From the NCBI RefSeq assembly GCF_963921235.1, contig NC_086107.1, positions 97,652,001-97,716,000 of the forward strand: DNA of 64,000 nt, read 5' to 3'. The DNA comes from Mobula hypostoma. Its lineage: Eukaryota. Positions within the stretch are counted from its first letter, which is position 1; each line of letters opens with the position of its first letter. Positions 13,926 through 26,950 of this stretch are shown here, piece by piece. Below the pieces are notes generated by a model. The model did not search any database and had not been told where the DNA came from. It saw only the letters and a program-made list of their open reading frames with translations. Made by a program: the position numbers and the translations under genes.

Positions 13926-14472
13926 ATTAGACCATAAGACCATAAGACAAAGGAGCAGAAGTCGACCATTTGGCCCATCAACTCTGCTCCGCCATTTCAT
14001 CATGAGCTGATCCATTCTCCCATTTAGTCCCACTCCCCCGCCTTCTCACCATAACCTTTGGTGCCCTGGCTACTCAGATACCTTTCAATCTCTGCCTTAA
14101 ATACACCCAATGACTTGACCTCCGCTGACGCCCGTGGCAACAAATTCCACAGATTCACCACCCTCTGGCTAAAAAAATTTCTTCGCATCTCTGTTCTGAA
14201 TGGGCGCCCTTCAATCCTTAAGTCATGCCCTCTCGTACTAGACTCCCCCATCATGGGAAACAACTTTGCCACATCCACTCTGTCCATGCCTTTCAACATT
14301 CGAAATGTTTCTATGAGGTCTCCCCTCATTCTTCTAAACTCCAAGGAATACAGTCCAAGAGCGGACAAACGTTCCTCATATGTTAACCCTCTCATTCCCG
14401 GAATCATTCTAGTGAATCTTCTCTGTACCCTCTCCAATGTCAGCACATCCTTTCTTAAATAAGGAGACCAAA
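13926..14472 (-). mobile_element. CR1 3' fragment
   Basis: ORF 14024-14446 LERVQRRFTRMIPG...RVVNLWN; AGACCATA repeat tail at the low end. Confidence 0.88.
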
Positions 14473-14479
14473 ATATTCT

Positions 14480-14940
14480 GCATGGAATTTAAACTGGAGG
14501 TGGCGGAGGGTGGGCTTAAGAAGGAGATTTTTGAAGAAGAAAAGCTGCCTTAAATTTAATTGGGTTTGGTTGTGTGACTGTGTTAGGATTAAGATTATTC
14601 CACGTTTTAATTGTACGGGGGGGGGGGGAATGAATTGCTGTACACATCTGACTTGGTAGTTAGTATTTCAAATTGAATTGAGTGCCCTCGTCTGCTCCTA
14701 ATAGGTTTGGGTTTGATGTGGGATTGGTAGTCGATGTCGAGCATTTTGTAAAAACAGGTCAGGCAGTGTGCCTCACGTCTGTCTTGGAGAGAGTTCCACT
14801 TCATTGAATTTAAAAGTTGAGTAACACTTGCTTCTCTCTCATAGGTATTTGTGACAAATCGGGCTGCCTGCCTTTGGACTCGCTCGATGGAAGTAGTGTT
14901 TTTGTTTGTGTATGGGTCCCATGCAGCAACTGCATATTAG
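14480..14940 (-). mobile_element. LINE 3' fragment distinct from the dominant CR1 family
   Basis: Translates to YAVAAWDPYT...IERVQRQAARFVTNTY...SVTQLLNSMKWNSLQDRR...FYKML, a post-RT region. Confidence 0.7.
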
Positions 14941-15150
14941 ATTGAACCACTGAACCATGACACTTTCTCTACAACTGTAACACTTTATTTTGCATTCTCT
15001 TATTGCTTTTCACTGTACTACCTGGCTATACTGTTGTAATGAGATGATCTGTATAGATGGCCTGCAAAACAAACCTCGGGACATTTGACAACAATAATCC
15101 GATTTACTGCATGTGTGGGGATCTCGGTCTCACAGCGCTTAGTGCCTCAC

Positions 15151-15303
15151 CTATGAAGAAGATGATCTTGTGGTCCGTCATCCTCTCGTAGACGCTGTCA
15201 ACTCTCTTCAAGTCCGCCGGTAACCCTTGCCAGAAATTCTTGATCTGTGCCGCATTCAGGGAGACAAGGTTGCCGGCACGTTGTATGCGCCAGAAGTAAT
15301 GGT
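15151..15303 (-). CDS. mmp25: MMP25-like exon 8 (hemopexin)
   Basis: Acceptor TTATGAAG, donor G|GTGAG; 153 nt, phase 1 to 1. Encodes (D)HYFWRIQRAGNLVSLNAAQIKNFWQGLPADLKRVDSVYERMTDHKIIFFI. Not in the ORF track. Confidence 0.92.
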
Positions 15304-17041
15304 CTTCATAATGAAGGAAAACCAGGTTAGAAGATGGAGCGGTACAGTGCAGGAATCGGCCATTCGGCCCTCCATGTCTCTGCTAACCATGATACCAGTC
15401 CAACCGGATGAAGGCTCTCAGCCCCAGCTGTCAACTGTTTTTTTCCCTCTACAGACGCTGCCTGGCCTGCTGAGTTCCTCCAGCATTTTGTGGGTGTTAC
15501 TCTGGATTTCCAGCATCTGCAGAGTTTCTTGTGTTCGTAACAAATGCCACCTGCCTGCACCTTGGCCTCGGTCCCTCCATTCTCTGCCCGTTCAAGTGCC
15601 TCTTGAACACTCCTGTTCGATCTGCTTTCACCACCAGCCCTGGCAGCACACTCCAGGTGCCCAGCACTCTCTGAGTAAAAATCTTACCCTAACCGTCTTC
15701 TCTAAACTTTCCCCTCTCAACATATAACTTTTCAGCCCTCTGATTGTCTATCCTCCCATAATCTTGTAAATTTCTATCAAGTCTCCCCTCAACCTCTGCC
15801 GCTCTGGAGGAAACAATTCAGGTTTGTCCAACCGTTGCTTATAACTAATATGCTCCAATCTAGTGAACATCCCGAAGAACTTTTTTCCTGATATTCTTCA
15901 CGGGCCTCGTCTGATTTCAGCTTCTTAATCCTTACTTTTTGACAAAATGTACTATATCTCTCGTCATCCAGAGTTCCTGATATAAAGGCGAGCTCCCTGT
16001 CCATCATCCCAGCGAGCGACAACTGGGCCAATGAAAACACACACAACATGCTGGAGGAACTCAGCAGCTCAGGCAGCGTCTATAGAGGTGAATAATCAAT
16101 TGACATTTTGGGCCGAAACCCTTCACCGGGGCTGGAAAGGAAGAGGGAAGAAGCCAGAATAAGGAGGTACGGGGAGGGGAAGGAGTCTAAGCTGAAGGTG
16201 AGTGGCTGGGTTCGGCATGGTACAGATAGTAAGTTGTTCTAAGTCCACGCCATCCCTATAAACATCCTCAGAGGAGAAGTATCACAGCTTAAATACAGAG
16301 AACAGTTCTCCCCACACTGTAACCCCCCCCCGAGCAAGTCCAACATAGATGTACTCTCTCACCCAGGTGTTACCCTCATGGGACACCCTACTGATGAATC
16401 ACTCAGCCTGACAGATGGAGGCCATTGTTGGCCAGATGCTGCTGAATCACCGAATCCTGGGAAGCCCCTAAGTTTCACACGGTGTAGGAAGAAGTCCTCA
16501 ATAGAAGAGGGCTTAGCGAAGGTATTACGGAGCAACAGCTCCTCCTCGCTCACCACTCAGACCCTCCTAGCCATTATCCCCATCAGGATGTCCCCTCTGC
16601 TCCTCAGCTGGGGCGAAGTGCTTTGAATTGAATTGACTTTATTACTTCCTCCTTCAAGTACATAAGGAGTAAAAATCTTTATGTTACGTCTCCGTTCAAA
16701 TGTGGAATGTGCAATTATAATCATTTGTAATAAATATTATGCACAACAGGGTAGTCAATATAACATAGAAATACAGTTGTGTCAGCATGAATTAATCAGT
16801 CTGATGGTCTGGTGGAAGAAGCTGTCCTGGAGCCTGTTGGTCCTGGCTTTAATGCTGTGGTACCATTTTCTGCATGGTTGCAGCTGGAACAGTTTGCAGT
16901 TGGGGTGACTCGGATCCCCAGTGATCCTTTTTACACACCTGTCTTTGTAAGTATCCTGAATAGTGGGAAGTTCACATCCACAGATGCAAACACATCCCGA
17001 TTGATAAACCAACCCCCACCCCTTAGCCTATGACCTCTCAC

Positions 17042-17124
17042 CTTTAAAAAAGAAGGATTCTCCTCGGATATTAGCAACAGCATCAAATGTTACCGCACAG
17101 CGATCAGGGGATTCATACCCAGGC
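17042..17124 (-). CDS. mmp25: MMP25-like exon 7 (start of hemopexin domain)
   Basis: Acceptor GTGTTTTTAG, donor G|GTGAG; 83 nt, phase 2 to 1. Encodes PGYESPDRCAVTFDAVANIRGESFFFK. Confidence 0.93.
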
Positions 17125-17593
17125 CTAAAAACACAAAAGAAAAAATAATATTTATAAGGAAGGCAGCATCTCACCTGTCTTTCCCCCAATCCAAGTGTCC
17201 AACACACCCAATTTAGTTCCCTCCCAACTTTCAACAACACCAATCAAATATTGTTCACCATTGGCACCTTCTACACCCCACTGGCAAGGTGTTGTCACAT
17301 CAGTAATTCGGCTCAGTACGAGAGAAAGTACAGATTTGGGCAGGCGATGACTGTACTTGACAGATGAGCCAACAGTACACCATTAAGAGTGAAGGGGTCA
17401 CAGTCAGAATCCCACCCAGGGCACCACAGCAATCAGAGCCGGGACTCCTACAGCTCGTTTTGGAGATGACTGATCCGGACGCGAATGTAGCAGCTAGAAT
17501 TAGGACTTTTTGACAGGTCAGTGAGCATTGGTAGCGGCGTTGATGGTGAGGACGGGTGTAGGCTGCAAGATGTTCTCGATCGGTGGTACATAC

Positions 17594-17684
17594 TTGCTAC
17601 TAGGGTGTGGGTAAGGAACGTCGGGGATTCGTGGACTGAGAGCTGGATCGTCGTCGGGTGTATTCCCAGCTGATTGCTTCTTGC
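17594..17684 (-). CDS. mmp25: MMP25-like exon 6 (Pro-rich hinge)
   Basis: Acceptor TTATTAATAG, donor AA|GTATGT; 91 nt, phase 1 to 2, as the flanking exons require. Encodes (G)KKQSAGNTPDDDPALSPRIPDVPYPHPSS(K). Low conservation makes the donor less certain. Confidence 0.75.
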
Positions 17685-17963
17685 CTATTAATAAAAGAGA
17701 AAGTATAAAAATATCATTCTGATTTTGGTTTTCTCTGAGAATTTCTATGTGTAGATCCAGGGAATTAATTGTGAACTTCAAGAAGAGGAAGTTCAGACAG
17801 ACAGAACGAATCAGGTTTAATATCACTGGCATATGTCGTGAAATTTGTTGTTTTGCCGCAGTGGTACTTTGCAACACATAATAATAAAAACTGTGAATTA
17901 CAACAAGAACTACGAATATATAAAGTTTAATAAATAGTGCAAAAAAAGAGGAACAAATAGTGA

Positions 17964-18060
17964 CACACATAAAAGTTGCTGGTGAACGCAGCAGGCCAGG
18001 CAGCATCTCTAGGAAGAGGTGCAGTCGACGTTTCAGGCCGAGACCCTTCGTCAGGACGTC
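17964..18060 (-). mobile_element. 97-bp Penelope pseudo-LTR fragment with 15-bp target-site duplication
   Basis: AGGAACAAATAGTGA at 17949-17963 and 18061-18075; body resembles the pLTR-like copies next to Penelope RT fragments elsewhere in the window. Confidence 0.8.
18024..18057 (-). ncRNA. Minimal type I hammerhead ribozyme motif
   Basis: Minus strand GUC-CUGACGA-AGG(GUCUCGG)CCU-GAAA-CG-UC^GAC; complete core, palindromic ACGU in place of helix III. Confidence 0.65.
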
Positions 18061-18506
18061 AGGAACAAATAGTGAGGTAGTGTTCATGGATTCATTGCCC
18101 ATTTATAAATCTGTTGGCAGAGGGGAAGAAGCTATTCCTGAAACATTGAGTGTGTGTCTTGAAGGTCCCATATCTCTTATTTGATGAGGAGGAAGAGGGC
18201 ATGTCCTGGGTGTTGGGGGTCCTTAATGATGGATGTTGCCTTTCTGAGGCACTGCCTTTTGAAAATGTCCTGGATGCTACAGAGATTCATGCCCGTGAGG
18301 GAGCTGACTGAGTTCACAACTTTCTGCAGCTTTTTCCGATCCTGTGCTGTGGCCACTCTGTACCAAATGGTGATACAATCAGTTAGAATGCTTCCCGTGG
18401 TACATCTGTGGAAATTTGTGAGTGTCTTTGGTGACATACCAATTCTCCTCAAACTCCTAATGAAATATTGTCACTGTTGTGCCTTCTTTGTAATTGCATC
18501 AATATG

Positions 18507-19040
18507 TTGATGGAGAATGGACGTGAAAGCACAGAGGAACATCTGGAGAAATTTCTGAAACGCTCGTTCGCTGCTGTTGTTACTGTGTGGTCAGGAATCT
18601 TTTGGAAGGTAGGCCTCAAAATCCCTGGCCTTGCCTGCTTTTGGCGACCGAGAAGGAGGTCGAATCGTTTGGGCAGAGATGGCGCTCAGTCCTCGGTGTC
18701 GGAGAGCTGAATCGGAGGCTCGAAGTTTTCGGATGACTCAGAGTCGGATTGTGGTTGGCATGGCAGGGAGAGATTTTCTTCCTTCTCCCGTCTGTGTGAG
18801 ATGTGAGACATTTGAGAAACTTTGAACTTTACTGTGCTCATGGACTTCTTCATCAAGTTATGGTATTGTTACACTGTTTGTAACTATATGTTATAATTAT
18901 GTGGTTTTGTCAGTTTTTTCAGGCTTGGTCTGTCCTGTGTTTTGTGATATCACACCAGAGGAAATAATATCTCATTTCTTAATGCATGCATTACTAAATG
19001 ACAATAAAAGAGGACTACATGTCTTCATAATCATCATCAT
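18507..19040 (+). repeat. Unclassified interspersed repeat (second copy at about 45097-45612)
   Basis: The two copies align and share the 3' end AAATGACAATAAA.GAGGACT...TCATAATC. Confidence 0.7.
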
Positions 19041-21815
19041 GTTGGGCCCAGGATAGATCCTCAGAGATGTTGACACCTAGGAACTTGAAACTGTTCACCC
19101 TTTCCACTTCTGATCCCTTGCTGAAGACTTGTGTGTGTTCCCTCAACTTCACCTACCCGAAGTCCACCATCAGTTCCTTGGTCTTACTGACACTGAGTGC
19201 AAGGTTGTTACTACAACACCACTTGACCAGCTGATCTATCTCGCTCCTGTACACCTCCTCATCACCATCTGAAATTCTGCCAACAAGAGTTGTGTCATCA
19301 GCAAATTTATAGATGGTGTGTGAGCTGTCCCTAGTCATGGGTGCAGAGAGAGCAGGGCAGTGGGCTAAGCATGAATCCTTGAGATGTGAGAGAGCGAGAG
19401 AGAGAGAGAGAAAAAGAGAGACACAGAAAGAGTGAGATAAAAGTGTATGTGAGAGACAGAATGTGTAAGTGTATGTGAGGGAGAGAAATAATGTTTGCAC
19501 GCAGGAGAATGAGTGCATATGTGAGTGTGTGTATGTGGATAAAAAGCAATATCACTGTACTCAATCAATGTACATTATGTTGAAAAATGGGAAGTCCATG
19601 GGAAAGGTCGACAGCTAATTGAAGTGGTTAAGTTTTGTGTAGGATGAAAGAATCTCTGTAGTCTCCCAGACAGTCGCTCCCAGAATTCATGAGCTTTTCT
19701 TCTCAGTCAGCTGTCAGGCTCCGACTGAAGCCCGTTTGCTGAGTTTCTGATCCACTGCCCGCCAAGCTTCCACGGAATCCGTACCCCAGCCCCGGCAACC
19801 GCGGGCTGCTGAGCCAGCGTCCGGCAGCACACCTGGTATAGTGGTAACATTAGCACCCAACTCTGTGGCCTGGGCGACCCAGTACAACAGCCAGAGTTAG
19901 CAACGTGTTTTTGTCCAAGTCTCTTCCCACTCTTATTTGTCTTAACCACTGACACTTTGATAAGTCATTATGAGGATTCGCAGCTGAACATTACACTCTG
20001 TCTGAGGCGACCTTTACACTCACTGACAACTCTATCCCAAGCAAATGAAATTGCATCAAAGACATGTTTCTTCTTCAAAGCTAATAACACACTAGGAATA
20101 TGATGGCTTACATTTTCATTGGAGAATTAGATAACAGCACAATTTTAAAGGGTAGATAGAACGTTACAGCAAAGGGCAGGCCATTCAGTCCATGAATTTG
20201 TGCCGACCTTGATGCCAGTTTATACTAAATAGCGTCCTCCTGTGTATCATCCAAAACCCTTCCTCCTCATCACCATCATAATAATAATACTTTATTGGTG
20301 CCGAGGGGGAAATTCTTTCGTTACAGCAGCAACGTTTAAAAACATTTAAAAAGTGTGCAGACTTAACTAACAATAAAGTACAGAATAATAATACACACAG
20401 TAATAATGTACCAATGTACAATAATATAAGAAGATAAGAAATAGGAGCAGGAGTCGGCCATCCGGCCCATCGAGCCTGCCCCGCCATTCAATAAGATCGT
20501 GGCTGATCTGGCCATGGAGTCATCTCCAACTACCTGCCTTTTCCCCATAACCCTTAATTCCCCTACTTTGCAAAAATCTATTCAAACCTTGTCTTAAATA
20601 TAATTACTGAGGTAGCCTTCACTGCTTCATTGGGCAGAGAATTCCACAGATTCACCACTCTCTGGGAAAAAGCAGTTCCTCCTCACCTCCGTCCTAAATC
20701 TACTCCCCCCCCGAATCTTGAGACTATGTCTCCTAGTTCTAATCTCACCTACCAGTGGAAACAACTTTCCAGCCTCTTATGTTATCTATTCCTTTCATAA
20801 TTTGATATATTTTTATAAGTTCTATTAATGTGCAATAATAATGTACAAAATAATAAAGCAGAATCTATTGTACTATAATGTGTGCTCTCCTGGTGCACAG
20901 AGATGAACTGTTGTATATGCTTATTGCATTTGATAGGAAAGATTTTCTGTACCGATCCTTGTGACGGTGGAGCTGAATGAGTCTGTTTGAAAGGGTGCTC
21001 CACTACTTACTCAGTAGCTCATGGAGAGGATGTGCCTGATTGTCCATAATGGATAACAGTTTGTTTAATGACCTCCTCTCCACCACCAACTCAAAAGAGT
21101 CCGGGTTGTAGCCAAGGACGGATCCAACCTTTTTGATGAGTTTATTCATATTCATACATCTATCTAAGCGCCTCATAAACTCCACCAACATGTCTCATAA
21201 TTTTAAAAACTTCCATCAGATCTCCCCTCAGCCTCCAACACTTTAGCGAGAACAACACAAGTTTGTCCAAACTTTCCCTGTACCCCACACTCTCTAATCC
21301 ATACAGTAACCTCTTCCACAGCCTCCACATCCTTCCTCTAATGGGGTAACCAGAAATGCACACAATACTTTGTCCATTCTGACAAAAGTTTTATATAACT
21401 GCAGCATAACTTCTTCCTTCTCATGATCAAAGGCAGTACAAGACTGGAGAACCAACGTACGGTATGTGTATGTCTTGTTGAAAGTTGCAGAGCGGCGAAA
21501 CAAAATGGTTAAAAGACCCACACAGTCCTGAGCTTGATAAACAGAGGCAGAAAGAATAGGAGGGCAACCAGGTCACCACGAACCTTTATAAAAGACTAAT
21601 TCAGAAGAACTGGACTGTTGGGCCCAGAACTGGTCAACGTGCCATAGGAAAGTGTGAAGGTTTTGGAGGGGTTGCAGAATAATCTTACTAACATGATTCG
21701 AGAGACTCCAGTGACGTGGTGAGACTGAAGAAGTTGTGGTTGTTCGATTTGAAACAGAGGAGGCTGTGAGAGGATTTGATTTAAAAATCACAAATTGATG
21801 GAGTTTAAAGAGATA

Positions 21816-24800
21816 CAGTACTGTGCAAAAGTCTCAGGCATATACAAAAAAAATCTGTAAAGTGAAGATGCTTTCAAAAGTAACAAACCTATAAGATATA
21901 GGAGCAGAATTAGGCCATTTGTCCCATTGTGTCTGCTCCGCCATTTCACCATGCTGATCAATTCTTCCTTTCAGGCCCAATCTCCTGCCTTCTCTCTGTA
22001 TCCCTTCATGCCCTGACCAACTAAGAACCTATCAACCTCTACCTTAAATATACATAAAGACTCGGCCTCCACAGCTGTCTGTGGCAAAGAATTCCACAGA
22101 TTCACCACTATTCTGCTAAAGAAATTCCTCTTCATCTCCATTCTAAAAGGATGCCCCTCTTTTCTAAGGCCATGTCCTCTGGTCTTAGACTCTCCCACCA
22201 TAGGAAACATCTTCTCTACATCCACTCTCTCAAGACCTTTCAGCAATCAATAGGTTTCAATGAGTTCACCCCTCATTCTTCTGTACTCTAGTGAAACCAG
22301 GCCCAGAGCCAGCAAATGCTCTTCATATGACAAATCGTTCAATCGTGGAATTATTTTCATGAAGTTCCTTTGAACCTTCTCCAGTGTCAGCACATCCTTT
22401 CTAAGCTATGGGGCCCAAAACTGCTCACAATACCCCAAGTGAGGCCTCACCAGTGCTTATAAAGCCTCAACATTACATCCTTGCTTTTATATTCTAGTCC
22501 CCTTGAAATGAATGCTAATATCACATTTGCCTTCCTCACCAATGACTCAACCTGCAAATTAACCTTTGGGGAACCTTGCACAAGGACTTCCTTAAATATA
22601 CATAAAGACTTGGCCTCCACAGCTGTCTGTGGCAAAGAATTCTTGCACCTCAGATTTTTGAATTATCTTTCCACTCAGGAAATAATCTACCCTTTTATTT
22701 CTTCTACCAAAGTGCGTGACCGTACACTTCTTGACACTGTATTCCATCTGCCACTTCCTTGCCTATTCTTCTAAGTCCTACTGTAGCCCCTCTACTTCCT
22801 CAAAACTACATGCCCCTCCACCTCTCTTCGTATCATCTGCAAACTTTGCAACAAAGCCATCAATTCCATCATCCAAATCATTGACATATAACATTGAAAG
22901 AATCGGTCCCAACACAGATTCCTGTGGAACACCACTAGTCACTGGCAGCCAACCAGAAAAGGCTCTCTTTTTCCCACTCTTTGCCTCCTGTCAATTGGCC
23001 ACTGGTTTATCCATGCTGGAATCTTACTTGTAATACCATTTATTAATAATACTACTTGTTAAATAGCTTCATGTGTAGCACCTTGTCGAAGAGCTTGTCC
23101 AAGTAAACAACATCAACAAATTCTCTTTTATCTATTCTGTTTGTTATTTCTTCAAAGAATTCCAACGGATTTGTCAGGTAAGATTTTCGCTTGAGGAAAC
23201 CATACTGATTACAGCCTACTTTATCAAGTACCCCAAAACCACATCCTTAACAATTGACTCCAACATCAGCCCAGCCACTGAGTTAGACTAACTGGCTTAT
23301 AATTTCCTTTCTTCTGCCTCTCTCCCTTCTTGAAGAATGGAGTGATATATGCAATTTTCTAGTCTTCCAGAACCATTCCAGAATCTAGTAATTCTTGAAA
23401 GATCATTACTAATGCCTCCACAATCTCTTCAGCCACCTCTTTCCGAACTTTGATGTGTGCACCCTCTGGTCCAGGTGCTTATCTACCTTCAGACCTTTCA
23501 GATGCCCAAGAACCTTCTCCCTAGTAATGGCAACTTCACACATTTCTGACCCCTGACACCTGGAACTTCCACCATACCGCTAGTGTCTTCTACAGTGAAG
23601 ACTGATGCAAAATACGTGTTCAGTTTGTCCGCCATTTCCTTGTCCCCCATTGCTACTTCTGAGGCATCGTTTTCCAGCGGTCCAATATCGACTTTCGTCT
23701 CTCTTTTACACTTTATGTATCTGAAGCAGCTTTAGGTATCCTCTTTAATATTATTAGCTAGCTTACTTTTGTATCCCATCTTTTCATTCTGAATGGCTTT
23801 ACTTGCCTTTTGTTGGTTTTTAAAAGCTTCCCAATCCTCTAAATTCCCACTAATTTTAGACTATTATATGCCCTCTCTTTGGTTTTTATGTTGGCTTTGA
23901 CTTCTCTTATCAGCCACAATTGTGTCATCTTGCCTTTAGAATACTTCTTAAACTTCGGGATGTATATATCTTGTGCCTTCTAAATTTCTGGGTGAATTTG
24001 ATCATATTATGATCACTTTCCCCTAAGGCTTCTTTTACCCTAAGCTCTCTAATCAATTCCAATTCATTGCACAACACCCAATCCAGAGTAGCAGATCCCC
24101 TAGTGGGATCAACCATGAGCTGCTCTAAAAAGACACCTCTTAAGCGTTCTAGAAATTTCCCCTCTTGGGATCCAGCACCAGCCTGGTTTTCCCAATCATC
24201 CTGCATATTGGAATCCTCCAAGACTATTGTAACATTGCCCTTGTGGCATGCATATTCTATCTCCTGAAGTAATTTGTAGACCACATCCTTACTACTGTTT
24301 GGGGGTCTGTGTACAACTCCCATCAGGGTAACTTTTTACTCTTGCAGTTCCTTAGCTCTACCCAGAACAATTCAGCACCTTCCAACCCAATGTCACCTCT
24401 TTCTAATGATTTAATTTATTTTTTTAACAACAGAGCCACACCACCTCATTTGCCTTCCTGCCTGTCCTTTTGATACAATGTGTATCCTTGGATGTTAAGC
24501 TCCCAGCTATAATCTTCTTTTAGCCACGATTCAGTGATGCCTACAACATCATACTTGACGATCTGTAACTGTGCTACAAGTTTATGTAGCTTATTCCATA
24601 TACTGTGCACATTCAAATAGAACACCTTCTGTCCTGTATTCACACTTTTTGATTTTGTCTGCCTTTTACATTACAAACCATCCTGTTGACTGCAGTTTTG
24701 TCCTTGTTAGGAGTCTCCCTACACATTCCCTCTGTTTGTAAACCAGCTACCTCATCCTCATCATTCCGGTTCCCACGCCCCAGCCAAATTAGTTTAAACC

Positions 24801-25204
24801 ACCCCCTCCCCTCAAACAACTCTAGCAAACCTGCCCACAAGGATATTGGACCCGCTTGGGAGTCCAATGATGAAATGAAAAGTTTCTAAATATCAAAAAA
24901 ATTACTACAAAGAGCCGTAACAGTAAAAATACTAAATCAAATTTGTATTTGGTGTGACCACCTTTAAAACTGCATCAGTTCTCTGATGTTCCCTATCGTG
25001 CAGTTTTATAAGAAGATTGGCTGGTAGATTGTTCTGAGCATCTTGGAGAATTTGCCACAGTTCTTCTACAGACTTTGGCTGCCTCACTTGCATCTATCTC
25101 TCCAGGTAATCCCAGAGAGCCTCGATAACCAAGGCTCTGTGGAGATCATGCCATCTAAAATCACATAAAATATTTAGGGTGCCAAAGTCCTTTGCACAGT
25201 ACTG
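21816..25204. mobile_element. Non-autonomous Tc1/mariner-type element split by a CR1 insertion
   Basis: Left end TA|CAGTACTGTGCAAAAGTCTCAGGCA; right end TGCCAAAGTCCTTTGCACAGTACTG; Tc1-like remnant GTATTTGGTGTGACCACC near 24945. Confidence 0.75.
21886..24855 (-). mobile_element. Decayed CR1 LINE (end of ORF1, EN, RT, 3' tail)
   Basis: Fragments DVVGITESWL, GVVHRPP, SDHNMI and RIVVNLWNSLP in collinear order. Confidence 0.88.
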
Positions 25205-26556
25205 TGGGCCAACTCATGAAGATCTAACGGCCATAGAAAGAAGATAATTAGCAAAAGGACCAAATGACCAGTCAGCGAGTGGCTGGGGACTGTGGTGAAT
25301 GACAGGGGTGCTGGTGGAGGCAGAGCCAAAGCATCCATAGAGTCAAAGAGCACTACAGCATAGAAACAGGCCCTTCAGCCCATCTAGCCCATGCCAAATT
25401 GTTGTTCTGCCTAGTCCCATTGACCCACAGCTGGACCCTAGTCTTCCATACCCCTCCCATCCATGTGCTTATCAAAATTGCTTTTAAATATTGAAATTGA
25501 ACCCACATCTCACTGGCAGCTCATTTCACCCTCTCACCAACCTCTGTGAAGAAGTTACCCCCTCAGGTTCCCATTAAATATTTCACCTTTTGCCCTTAAC
25601 CCATGACATCTAGCTCTAGATTCAAGTAACTGCAGTGGAGAAAACCTGCTTGCAACCCCTCAATTTTGTACACCTCTGTGAAATCTCCCCTCATTCTCCT
25701 ACAGTCCAAGGAATGAAGTTGTAACCTATTCAACCTTTCCTTATAACTCAGATCCTCAACTCCAGCAACAAATTTCCTCTGCACTCTTGCGATCATATTG
25801 ATAGCTTTCCTGTAGGTTGGTGACCAGAACTGCACGCAATACTCCAAATTAGCCCTCACCAACATAGCATCCCAATTCCTGCACACAATACTTTGATTTA
25901 TAAAGGCCGGTGTGCCAAAAGCTTTCTATATGACCCAATCTACCTGTGACACCACTTTCAAGGAATTATGGACCTATATTCCCAGATCCTCCTGTTCTAC
26001 CACGCTCCTCAGAGGCCTGCGTTCATTGTGCAAGTCCTACCCTGGTTTGTCCTTCCAAAGTGGAACAACCTCACACTTGTCTGCATTAAATTCCTTCCGC
26101 TGTTTCTCTTTTTAGACAGTCCAGATCCCGCTGCAAGCTTTGAGAACCTTCCTCAAGTGTGACCTAACCAGACTTTTCCACAGCTGCAACGTGACTTGCT
26201 GACTCTTACATTTAAGAGTTAGAAATTCTTGTTGGGTGACAGAGGGGAGAAAGACGACATTGAAAGGACAAAAGACGTCTTTGTGGAGCCTATCAGGTGA
26301 TCACTGCAGTGAGAACCAGCCTGAAGATAGGAGGCTGATACGGGAATTGAAAATGAAACTTGGACAAAGAGTCAGTGTGAGGAGGAAATGGCAATTAGTA
26401 TAAAAGGGAATTCAGAAACCGGTTCAGGCATCTAAGTTGGGGATGTGAGGCTGCTTGGGAATAAATAAATGATCTTTGTGATAAAGCTGAAGGCAGAGCT
26501 GATATCCTGACTGGGGCAGCCACAAGTTCAGTGGCAACAACAGCCTGATCCCCTGT

Positions 26557-26950
26557 TGAAACATAGGAAATAGGTGCAGGAGTAGGCCATTCAGCCCCTC
26601 GAGCCTGCACCGCCATTCAGTATGATCATGGCTGATCATCCAACTCAGAACCCTGTACCAGCCTTCCCTCCATACCCCCTGATCCCTTTAGCCACAAGGG
26701 CCATATCTAACTCCCTCTTAAATATAGCCAATGAACTGGCCTCAACTGTCTCCTGTGGCAGAGAATTCCACAGATTCACTACTCTCCGTGTGAAAAAGTT
26801 TTTCCTCATCTCGGTCCTAAAAGGCTTCCCCTTTATCCTCAAACTGTGACCCCTCGTTCTGGACGTCCCCAACATCGGGATCAATCTTCCTGCATCTAGC
26901 CTGTCCAATCCCTTTAGGATTTTATACATTTCAATAAGATCCCCCCTCTT
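26557..26950 (-). mobile_element. CR1 3' fragment, same young subfamily as 32745-35564
   Basis: Near-identical to 32750-33137. Confidence 0.88.
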
